Assembly (NCBI GenBank): GCA_004431415.1
Contig: QPMI01000588.1
Span: forward strand, 1 to 64,000
Reading direction: 5' to 3'
DNA from: Cyanophora paradoxa CCMP329
Lineage: Eukaryota; Plantae; Glaucophyta
DNA length: 64,000 nt
The notes below the pieces were generated by a model, which worked only from the letters and a program-made list of their open reading frames with translations, did no database searches and was not told the origin of the DNA. A program made the position numbers and the translations under genes. Within the stretch, counting starts at the first letter, position 1. The number at the start of each line of letters is the position of its first letter. Below, piece by piece: positions 1 through 10,998 of the stretch.

Positions 1-2342
1 AGTCGCATGTCATGCGCATATGCATGCCCCCAATTGGGCCCGGCCCGCAAATCCCGCAATAATTTTTTATTTAAGTTGCAAGTTGCCGTGGCCAATTGCA
101 AGTTGCAAGGTGAACCATGAAACTCCATTCAAGATTCAACTTGGCAACTTGATCAAAACTTCTGCAGCTTCCAATTTTGCAAAGTTCCGCCGATCGCGAG
201 CTCGAGTACCTATATAGCTACATGTGCGGCGCATGCGCATTGTGCGCATGCACTTCCGAAAACTTCGAGGCAATGCAGATATATGTGGGTCACGCTGACT
301 CACGCAGACTCACGCAGACTCACGCTGCCTGAGCTCGAGTCACGCATGATCATGATTCATGACACCGTTGACACGCTTGCTAGCAAGTTTGCAACTTGCA
401 AACTTGCCCTAGCCTTTAGCGGGAACCTTTGCAATTGGGGTACCGGTATACAGTTTAGAGAGCACCCGCCGCCGGCCGGACCCGTATACGTATACGTATA
501 GCCTAGCACGGGCCATACGTACATGCATGATGCATGGCCCGCCCATGAGGGCCGATCGCGATGATGAGGGCCATCATGAGGCGCATGATGCATTAGCTAA
601 TAAGTGTAGTAAAAAAAAGTTTCATAACACATGTACATATATATATTTCATGATTTTCACCGTACGTACACGTGCAGGAAGTTGCCAGGATTCCAGGAAC
701 TGGCAGCGGACGTGACCGGACGTCACGCTGAAAACGGCGAACGTCACGCACATTTGCGGAAACAAACCGACTCGGAGGCGCTGAAAGCTCGATCGACTGG
801 CTTCAAGGCCGACAGCTCGAAAACGGTTGGCTCGAGGCGGTTGGGTTTTCCTGATCATATGCATGCTAAATCCCTATTGACGGCGATTCGAATTCGAGAT
901 GAAATCGCTGTACCCGCAAAAGGAGTGGCGAATCCGGTCCGGCGATTCCCGCCGCGGCGAACTGAAGCGTCGAGCGTTTAATTTGCATATCGAGTACCGT
1001 GTAATTCTTAATTACCGCGCTGACCGTACTACTAGCTAGCTGCGCTACCATATCTTGCAATTGATTACTGCGCTCAAAAATTTATAACGCAGTAATTTGG
1101 TAGCGCAGTATTAAATTACCCCTTTGCTAACAAATAATGCATTTTCGAGGCCGATCGATGGAACGCACTTCAACGCAGTAATTTGGTAGCGCACTGCGGC
1201 AGTATATATATAAACTAGTGAAGCGCCCCTATATGTGCATATGATCAGGTGACTCTAGCTGTGACTCAGTGAGTCTGTGCCACGGTGAGTCGTCGGTGAC
1301 TCATCGTCCGATATCCGCCGTGCGCCGCGGTGCGCGGCGGACCGGCGGTCACGGATCGGGGACTCACGGTGCGCCGCCGCCGCCGCGGTGTCACGGTGCC
1401 ACGTGCATGCGCACTGGAAGTCTGGGCCACGCGTGCACGGTACGTTGCGGTAATTTCGCGTAATTTCGCGGCGTAAATATATTAATATTATCCGGCCGCG
1501 GATGATATGGCCATCGGATCATGCTGGCAGGCTGGAGTTAACATTGAATCCACTGTTATCCACGTGCACATGTATACGTAAAGCTTCGAATTCAAACCTG
1601 AATCGGGATTCGGATTCGGGATTCATGATCAAGAATCGGGAATCGGATTCCTGCCAGCCAGTGCCAGGCTAGCCGCTAGCACTACAGTCTACAGCTGGAA
1701 ATTAGCCTGCTGGAATCATTGAATCCGGCCGCGCGCGGGCCTGCATCATCAGGCTGCCGGGCTGGATGAGTATTGTGGATTCGCATAGTTTCCATGATCA
1801 TGACTCAGTGAGGCCGTCGCCGGCCCGTCGACGTCGGCCCGGCGGACTCGGTCGGAGTCGCAAAACTTGCAAGTTCTACCGTACTAGTACGGTACTACGG
1901 TAGTACGTTAACGGTTCGAGACACGGCGTCACACGGACTCACACCGACTCACACCGAGTCACACGCCGCGGATATATAATTACGTATACAGTGTCATATG
2001 CGCATGCATAGTTTCCGGCGACTATCCAGTCTATCCGATATCGATGATCCGCCGGATTCCGCCCAGCCGCACCGAGTCTCACTGAGTCAGCCTCTCAGGC
2101 ATGCGCAGGCTGCGCAGCCTGCGCATGCAGGTGCCAGGCTGCAGGCTGCAGCTGGCACTGGCTGGCAGAGCCTGGCACTGCGGCAGCAGTGGCCCAGTGG
2201 CATGCAGGCTGGCACTGCCTGGCAGCTGGCCAGCGCCGGCGCCCGGCGCCGCCGGCCCAGCCTGGCAGCGCCGGGGGCCAGCGGCGCAGCCGCTGAGCCG
2301 CGCGCAGCGGCCCCAGGCCCCCAGCGCTAGCGCTACCTACTA

Positions 2343-2553
2343 CTGTAGGACGGCTTAAATTGCCGTGGTGAAAAATTGCCGAATTCGCCCAAACCGGAAT
2401 TGCCGTGGTGATAAATTGCCGAATCCAGACATTCGCTCTATGGGGGCCTCGGAAACTCCTACCCCAGAAACATTGCCGTCCCTTTTTTTTGCCGAATTCG
2501 GCCTCTCGCAATTAACAGCAAATAAAACGACGGCTAAAAAAGCCGTCCTACAG
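2343..2553. mobile_element. MITE family A (Tc1/mariner-type, TA TSD), copy 1
   Basis: Perfect terminal inverted repeat CTGTAGGACGGCTT...AAGCCGTCCTACAG flanked by TA on both sides (2341-2342, 2554-2555). Internal AATTGCCG subrepeats, non-coding. A second diverged copy lies at ~32591. Confidence 0.85.
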
Positions 2554-2834
2554 TAGGTAGTACTACTAGCCTAGTAGTACCTACTACCTAGCCGCTGAGC
2601 GGGCCTTCATTAATTTCCCAGCTGCCGCACTGCGGCATGCATGCGCAGTGCCGCCAGTGCGCCGGCGCACGCGGCACGCGCAGAATCCGCAGATAGATAT
2701 CGATATCGATATCGCGGGCGACTCGCCGTGCCGGTGGACACGGTCAATCCGGGGCCAGGCCCCTGAGGCGAGCATTTCATTTTTGACCTTTAGACCTACT
2801 GTCAGCAGCGCAGAGGCGCAGGCGTCAGCATCAG

Positions 2835-2842
<8 letters not shown>

Positions 2843-2920
<78 letters not shown>
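2843..2920 (+). repeat. (CAG)26 microsatellite
   Basis: 78 nt of uninterrupted CAG, ~380 nt upstream of the RWP-RK start codon. Confidence 0.97.
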
Positions 2921-2922
<2 letters not shown>

Positions 2923-3297
2923 CAAAGCAAAAGCCCGCGCGAACTACCGAAGTCTCCCGATCTAGGGCCAGCAGGAAATTCGAAATCGCTCGCGGCCGGT
3001 GCGCAGTTCACGGTTACGCATCTCCGCGCGGCCGGCCCGCGCGCTATCGCTCCGCGCTTCTACGCACGGCGGATCGCGGAGCCTAACTTCAATTTTAAGC
3101 TGAAGGGGCATCTTAGAAGTCAGCACGCAGGCCTTTAATTATATAAGCTTACGCATGCGCGTGCCCGGCTGGCAGCGGCGGCTGCCGACTCATTCGAATT
3201 CTCCTTTTTGCGCACTCGGCCCGCAGATTCTGAACCGGTATCGCCACCTGCGTATACGCAGCATTTGCGAGAGATCGCAGCTCGCTTTTTCAGCACG

Positions 3298-5841
3298 ATG
3301 CAGGCAGCACATATACACCACGCGGAGGCGACGCTCGGTATTTCCCTGGACTCCGAGACCCTCTCGCTGTTCGACGTGGAGCCGCTCTCTTTCCTCGCCA
3401 TGTCCCCGGGGCCCGGCTCCGGCGGCTCCCCGGGCTCCCGGGCGGCCCCCCGAGCCCGCGCTCCGGCCGGCCCCGCCCGCCCGCCCTCCGGGCACTCCCC
3501 CTCCAGCCCCGCCTCCCCGCACGACACCCTCGACCGCTCCCCGGCCTTCTCCCTGTCGGTCCGCGAGCTCAATTTTCAACGTTTTCCCGCCCCGCCCGAT
3601 CGCGAGGATTAAATTTCAAATTTCGCCCCGCAGGCGTTCGCCGACGAGGAGGACCATGAGCACGCCCGGCAGCAGGAGGCGGCGGCGGCGGCCGTGCCGG
3701 CGCCGGCGCCCTTCGCGCAGAACGGCTTCCTCTACTTCGCCGTGCCGATGCAGGCGGTCCCCACGGCCGTGCCGGGCTTCGGCGCCCGCTCGCAGTCCCT
3801 CCCCAGCATGAACGGGGGCGAGCTGCCCGCCAACATTCTCGCCGGGAAGCGCAAGCAGGAGACCACCGCGGCGGCCCCGGGCCCCGCCAAGCGCCGCAAC
3901 TCCCTCGAGCCCGCGTGCACGGTGCGCCCCGCGGCCGCCGCCTTCGATCGCCATCGCGACTCCGATCGATTTACATGAATTGGAAAATTTCAAAATTCCG
4001 GCCGCGCCTGGCCATGGCCCGCCTCTGACCGGCATCGCCGCCGCAGGAGGCGCCGGCGTCGCCGGCGCTGGGCCGCATCGCCCCCGGGAGCCACAGCCTC
4101 GTCATGTCCGGCTCTGTCAACGCCGCCTACCTCGAGCGCATCCAGAAGAACGGTGCGCGAATTTTATCCGCGCAATCCGCCCCGGAGTGCAGGGCTGACG
4201 AACCGCCGGCGGGGGGGCGCGCAGGGGCGGAGGGCAAGTTCCTCCCGCCCTGGCTCATCCGGCCCGGGAGCAATCCGGCGCCCTCGGCGTCGCCCCTCAC
4301 CACGGACCTCGACACGCTCTACGGCGCCGCCGAGAACCCCGCCCCGCCGGCCCCCCTCCCCGCCTTCTCCCCCTCCGACTGCAGCTTCGCCACCTTCTCC
4401 AAGTGAGCCGCCTCTTTCCCTCGACCTTCGGTCCGCGATCGTTCGGGCCCGAGCCTCGCGCGCGCGCGCAGGGCCGGCGGCAAGTTCGAGACGGTGACCT
4501 TCGCGGAGGCGTTCGGCCCCGGGGCGGCCCCGCAGGCCCTCACCGGCGCCTTCGGCGCGGCCGCCGGCTCGCTGGGCCTGCCGGCGGAGCTCGAGACGGC
4601 CTCGGGCTCGTCGGACGGGGAGCCCTCCGAGGATGGCTCGGTCCACGGCGGCGCCTTCAGCCCCGGCGGCTTCCGCGCCGCCACCCTCGCCCTCGACCCG
4701 CCCCCGTTCCTCCCCGCCGGCCCCGCCGCCGCCCCGGCCCCGGCGCTCGCCCCGGCCCCGCGCGCGGGGCCAAGGCCGCGCCGGTGCGGCCGGTGTACAA
4801 GGGGGCCTCCCCTTCGAGCTCGACGAGGGCCTCCTCCGCCGCCTCGCCGCCCAGCAGGTCCCCCTCTGATTCGACCCGTCTTAACTGCGCCCGCGCTGAC
4901 GGGCCGGCCCCCTGTCGTGCGCGCAGCGCGTGAAGCTGCAGCAGCAGATGGCCGTGGAGCAGGCCCGCGCCGAGGCCACGCCCCGCACGGCCCCCGTGCG
5001 CCCCGCCCCGCCCCTCGCGATCGCGCGCGGGCCGACGCCCCCGCGCACGGGCAGGCGATGCCGCCGTCGGGGTCGAAGGTGACGCGGGAGGAGCTGGTCG
5101 CCAACTTCGAGCTCCCGATCCAGGAGGTCGCCAAGCGCCTCGGCGTCTGCGTCACCGTCCTCAAGAAGATCTGCCGCTCCCACGGCATCACCCGCTGGCC
5201 CCAGCGCAAGCTCCGCTCCGTCACCCGCTGGACCGAGCAGGCCGACATCGTCGTCCAGAACCGCGTCCCGGGCTTCGACCACGCCGCCATCGCCCGCGCC
5301 GCCGGCCGCCTCCGCGAGACCCGCTCCGTCCTCTACCGCAACCCCGCCGCCTCCAGTGCGCCCCGCCCGCCCCTTTCATGTTTAGCTCAAGTCCGCCCGA
5401 GGCTGACGCGCGCGCAGTCAAGGACGTGACGGGGGCGATCCGGAAGCTGCTCGTGCAGCCGATCCAGCAGCGCTTGAACGAGATGCGCGCCGCCGCGGCG
5501 GCCGGCGGGGCGGCGCGCGACGACTTCGACGGGGAGGAGAGCGAGGCGGAGGAGAAGTCGGGGGGCGTCCAGATGGACGACATCACAACGTGCGCCCCAG
5601 CCACCCCTCCCCCTCCGCCGGCGTCCCGCCCCTGCGGCCGCTGAGAGCGCCCGCGCGCAGGTACCTCCAGTCGTACCTCGCCGCCGCCTCGACGGGCCCG
5701 GCCGCCTCGGGCAAGGCCGGGGCCGCCGCGGCCGCCGCCGGCCTGCCGCTGGACCTGCCGGCCCCCGACATCTCCGAGCCGGAGGGGATGCACGCCTGCG
5801 CTGACCCCCTCGTCATCCAGGGCGCCTACCTCCATCTCTGA
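3298..5841 (+). CDS. RWP-RK domain transcription factor (multi-exon)
   Basis: KVTREELVANFELPIQEVAKRLGVCVTVLKKICRSHGITRWPQRKLRSV (RWPQRK at 5193-5210). Upstream low-complexity exons join through GT..AG introns (e.g. 3559-3633). Last exon ends ...QGAYLHL* at 5841. The start ATG is a best guess. Confidence 0.85.
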
Positions 5842-6937
5842 GCCCCGCCCCCGGGCCCCGTCCCCGGCGCCGGCGCCGGTGCCGCGATCGACGCCCACGC
5901 CCTTTCGAATCCTTGAGCCCCTTAGCCTCTGCAGCCTAACCGCCTTCGTCGCGATCGCGAGGTTCTCAGTGATCATGATCTCCGGATCCTCCGAATTTCT
6001 TTATTACCGAACTCGTTTGAAATTCGCTCTTAGTTGGTCTTTAGCTTGCAGTCCGAGCCGCCACGCTCGGGCCGCGCCTGTGCAGTCAGTCGCGCTGCAG
6101 GCTTGCAGCGCGCCCGCCTTCTGTAGTTTTATCGCCTCCGTACACGTTTCATGCGCATACCCCGCCACGCTAGAGCAGGTGTATACAGGTAGTGATTAAT
6201 TTATCGTTGTCGGATCGGAGCCGTCAACGTCGACGTCGTTTCAAGAGTTTATATCTATGTAATTATGCATTGATTCAAACGTGACTTGTAAATTGGTATT
6301 TATTTGCAGCTTCGAGCCGCAGTCCCAGCTGATATGCTGGCTTTTTTATGTACTACGGTATGTATTGATGTTAGCTACAGCTCAAGCGCTTCTGTACATG
6401 TAAGCCACGTGCGCGTACGTAAACGCGCATGAGGTCCCTATATAGCTAACTCTTAACAGTCGTCGAGTCGTGTGCTTCTCGACGGCTAGGTCCGAATGCA
6501 GTTAGAATAAAACTTTGAAATTTTCCATCATCATGGCATGATCATTGAATCCAGCTATACTATGATAGATCTAGACCTGACTGAGTAGACTTGACCACAC
6601 GCGTTTCAGTTTACTTTGCTTGATCGTGCGGATGATTAGGAAGCATCCTTTAGCCTAGAATGGTCTTGTCTCAGAGTGTGTCATACCGTTCGCATACGTA
6701 TACCGTTGTTCGCATACCTTGCCGAAATCCTGCAATAAAATCTGTATTTACAAAAGAAGCCTGGCGGCAAGCTTGCAATTGCCTGGGGGATCCGGAAGGG
6801 GTCGCTGGGTGGTGAGGCGAGAGGCCAGGAGTGCATGGGCGCGGCGGCCCGTCGGGGGCGGGTGAGGTGGCCATGGGGAGGCAGGGTAAGAGGCGGCGCG
6901 AGGTCAGTGACCGCTGGAGGCCCAGGGCCGGGCTCGC

Positions 6938-7079
6938 CCCCAGCCTGAGGCTGCAGGGGACACTGGGGCCGGTGGCGAGGGAAGGGGGCGGGGCGGGCGC
7001 GCGGGCCGGGCCGCTCCCAGCCTGGGGCTGTAGGGGACACTGGGGCCGGTGGCGAGGGAAGGGGGCGGGGCGGGCGGGC
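6938..7079. repeat. ~60-bp direct repeat, period ~77 bp, in a GC-rich intergenic tract
   Basis: CAGCCTG(A/G)GGCTG(C/T)AGGGGACACTGGGGCCGGTGGCGAGGGAAGGGGGCGGGGCGGGCG occurs twice (from 6941 and 7018). Confidence 0.8.
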
Positions 7080-7930
7080 GGGCCGGGGGCGTCCAGGCCT
7101 AAGACGGGTGGCCGTGGGGCGCGGGGCGGCCGGCCGGGCGGGGCGGGAGGGACGGGTGAGCAATCGACCACAGCGACGACGTCAGCGGAGGGAGGGGCGG
7201 CGCCGGCGCCACGGCGCGCCCCTGCGGGCTGAGACGAAGCGGGCCGCGGACCGCCAGCCCCGTGCCTCTGGCTGTAGGGGCCGTGTTGGGTCGGGCCTCC
7301 GCTGAGCGGGGCCGCCGGCGGCAAGCTCGAGTTGGCACCATGGCCATGACATCCGATGATGATCGACCTCGCCGTGAAGAGCAGAGAGCAGGCCTAGGGG
7401 AGGAACGCGGCAGACGGGGAAGCGAAACCAGAACCGAGCTGCGGACGGATTACCGGTACCGCGCGACGGGCGGACCCGGCGCGCGGCATCGATATCCTGG
7501 CCGCGGCCGCATGCGCGCATGCGCATATATATATGCGCATGCATATGCGCAGCCGCGCGGATCCGGAGGCGGACGGCAGCAGATCCAGACGGTCCTCAAA
7601 CCGTCAACGGTCCTCAATGCGCATGCGCATTGTCGGCGCGCGCGCGTACGGCGTGTGCGTGTGGCCGTGGAACTCTGCGCGGCGCGTATGTGCGCAACCG
7701 AGCGTCGTAGAATGCGGTTCACCTGGTCGTGGACGGCGGAGCGAGGCTGATCATAAGCCGCCAGAGCCGCCAGAGTCCTTGGGCGCGCGGCAGTTGTGCG
7801 GCAGCTTTCCGCTGAGTCCGCAAGAAACGCAAGTACAATTTCAAGCGAAGCCAAGCGCATGGGCAAAGCGCTCGGCCCGACGGAGAGCTCGAGCTCTGGC
7901 CCCTGTACCCGTCTAGTGAAATCGCTTGTG

Positions 7931-10681
7931 ATGACCGGGCGGATCCAAGGCCCGCTGGCCAGTGCGGGCGCCGCCTTTGCATGCAGCGCGCTCCCGGAGG
8001 TCTTGCGGGAGGCGCCGGTGGTCCCCAGTTCGTCTTCAGCAGTCTGCCAGTTCCCGGCGGCCGCTACGGCACCGAGTAGGCGTGCGCGACGGTCTCTCCG
8101 CTCATCAGGCAGCCTAGTTCTAGAGCCGGTTCGGGAGCTGCCTTGCACCGCACCGCCGGAGCGCAGCCGGGCAGTTACCACGGCGGAGCCCGTCCGAGCG
8201 CTCGGCGGCCTCTTCGACTCGCTCAAGCGCTTGCTGAAGCTCGATGAGAGCCCAACCTTCCTCCCTGCCGCGCCTCCCTCGCCGGGTCCGCCGCCCGCGA
8301 GCCTGCATGCCCTAATCACTCCTGAGCACGAGCCGCGTGCAGAGCCCGAACCGGTGACTGAGCCACAGGAGCCGCTCGCTCCGCTCAAGATCAACGTTGA
8401 TCTGGCGATATGGCGCGCGAAAGAGGCGCGAAAGCGCGGCGAATACGCTCGGGCACGGGAGCTCGCGCGGTGGGCCCTCAACTACGACCCGAAGGACGGG
8501 CGCGGCTGGCTGCTGCTGGCAACGATGGCACAGAAGGAGGGCGACATGGCGTTCGCACGGGAGCTGCTGGAGCAGGCGACGGCTGCGAACCCCGACAACG
8601 CGCACCTCTGGCAGGTGCGCCGCCGCACGTGCAGCGCCCGCCGCGCGCCCGGGCCCACCGGGGCGGCGCGCGCAGTCGTGGGCCCTCCTCGAGGAGAAGG
8701 CGGGGGACTTGGGGCGGGCGCGCAAGCTCTTCGACGCGGCGACGGTGGCGGACAAGCGGCACGCGCCGGTGTACGTCGCGTGGGCGCAGATGGAGGTGCG
8801 GGCCGGCGACTTCACGCGCGCCCGGGAGCTCTTCGAACAGTCCGCGTACCTCGACCAGGACTGCCCCCACGTGCGCCCCGCCGGCCCGCCCCGCTCCGAC
8901 ACGGCCCGAGGCCGCCGCCCGCCGACGCGCACGCCGCCGTCGCAGATCTGGCAGAGCTGGGGCCTGATGGAGAAGCGGCTCGGCAACATCGAGGCGGCGC
9001 GGCGGCTCTTTGAGCGGGGCGTGCGGACCAACCCGCGCTCGGCTGCGACTTACCAGGCCTGGTGCGGCCGCTCGCTCCCTTTCCTTTCCTTTCCTTTTCT
9101 GACGGGCGCGGCGCACGACGCGCTGCAGGGCGCTGATGGAGGCCGCGGAGAACGAGCCGGAGCGCGCCCGCGAGCTCTTCATGGGTGCCCCGCCCGCCCC
9201 GCCCCGCCCGCCGCGCGGCGCCGCCCATTGCATCCGCTAAGCCGCGCACGCGCGCAGAGGCGGTGAACGCGAACGGCTCGAACGCGCTGGTGTGGCACGC
9301 GTGGGCCAAGTTCGAGCTGGAGCACGCCGGCGGGGAGGGCGCGGCGCGCGCCGCCGAGGTCTTCCGGCTGGGGACGGAGGCGAACTGGCGGGACGGGCGC
9401 TGCTGGCAGGGCTGGGCGACGCTGGAGGCGGACCGGGGCAACGCGGAGCTGGCGCGGGACCTCTTCTGGCGGGGCGCCGTCGCCGAACCGCGCGAGCCGG
9501 CGATCTGGCAGCGCTGGGGCTGCCTCGAGCAGCGCGCCGGCAACGCGCGCCTCGCGCGGCACCTCTTCCGCTGCGGCCTGGCGCTCCAGCCGCGCAACGT
9601 GTACCTGCTGCAGGCGTGGGCGCTGCTCGAGTCCTCGCTGGGCCGCTACGACGTCTCCCGCGAGCTCTTCGAGTGCGCCGTCGCCGCCGACCCCAAGGTG
9701 CCGCCCCCCGCCCCCCGGAGCCGCGCTGCCGCCGGTCGCTCTGCCCGGCTGACGCGGCGGCGGCGGCGGCGGGGGCAGAGCCTGCCGGCGTGGTCGGCGT
9801 ACCAGCGGATGGAGGAGCGGGCGGGGAACGTGCGGGCGGCGCGGGGCGTCCTCGCCCGCCAGCTGGCGGCCCTCTCCGGCCGCAAGGTCCCGAGGCTCGA
9901 GGTGTACCCCGGCACGCCTGGCGAGGCGGCCCTCGCGATGCGCGCCTGGCTCGCCGAGCGCTGGGGCCGCACCCGCTCCGCCGCGGCCGCCGAGGCCGCC
10001 GCCGGGCCCTCCTCCTCGTCCACCTCGGCCAACACAGCCGCGGCGGCCATCGCGGCGGCGGCGGCCGCGGCGGCGGCCTCCTCCTCGTCCTCGGGGGCGG
10101 CGGTGCCGCTGGCGCCAGCGGAGGCGGGCGGCCTGCCGGCGTTCGAGCGGCTGGTGATGGCGTGGCCGGGGCCGGCGGGGCGGGAGCAGGAGGAGGCGGA
10201 GGAGGTCGCGGCGATCTGGCGCTGGCTCGCGGTGCGCGGGGAGCGGCCCAGGCGGCGCTTCCCGGGGCAGGTCCCCGTGGAGGGCGTCCCGCTGGTGATG
10301 CAGCAGGCGGCCGCGCGGGGCGAGGCGGAGGAGGAGGAGGAGGCGGAGGCCGGCACCAGCCTGGAGACGATCAAGCGGGAGGGCGCCTTCGTGCTCAAGT
10401 CGACCTCGAAGCTGCGGCCCGTCCGCACGGGCATCGGCGAGCGCCTGCAGCTCTCCCGCCGGGCCCGCAGCGCCACGCAGGGCCTGCGCAACGCGGCGGG
10501 GCGGGGCGCCGGCGTGCAGCGGGGCGTGCGGCCGCCGCGGCGGGCGGAGGCGGAGCCGGCGCCGCTGGGAGTGCTGGACCTGGACCCCGCCTTCGAGATG
10601 GCCTGGGTCCCCACCCGCCGCCGCATGCGCAGCTCGCCCCCGCGCAACGGGCCCAGCGCCCCGCGCCGCGACTCCCTCTAG
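7931..10681 (+). CDS. HCF107: HAT/TPR-repeat plastid RNA maturation factor, HCF107/Mbb1-like (multi-exon)
   Basis: INVDLAIWRAK...DPKDGRGW...NAHLWQ|SWALLEEKAGDLGRARKLFDAATVADKRH matches the HCF107/Mbb1 N-terminal HAT repeats. Many W..W..LE...GN...AR.LF repeats follow. Ser/Ala/Arg-rich N-terminus with AAF resembles a transit peptide. First intron 8615-8675. Confidence 0.85.
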
Positions 10682-10998
10682 GCCCCCCGCTCATGGCCGC
10701 CCCCGCGCCCCGGGGGCCCTCTGTAACTAGCCTGCCGCTTTTGCTTTTCTCGGATCGATTCGGGTTTCTGTACGACGGTGTGCCCCCTGCCGTACCTGCC
10801 ATAACACTTTGCTTTACGTGAACAGTGCTCTCGTTGTAGTAACCAGCCGTACTGTATTAATGCAAATTATTGGAGCCTCGCAGTTCAAAGAAAGGCGCTA
10901 ATCTAGCGACATGTACACTTGAAAGAAAAGGGGGCGCCGGGCGCCGGCCGCGAAACATCCGATCCAGAGAGGGCCGGCGCCGCTTGTCGGTCGGGGGT

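Noticed and set aside
995-1205. Third MITE starting TA-CCGTGTAAT with duplicated AACGCAGTAATTTGGTAGCGCA
   Set aside because: Probably a relic, but no convincing partner TIR or TSD was found
2648-2965. PolyQ protein ORF
   Set aside because: Non-ATG start, and the flanks are palindromic intergenic sequence with no coding character
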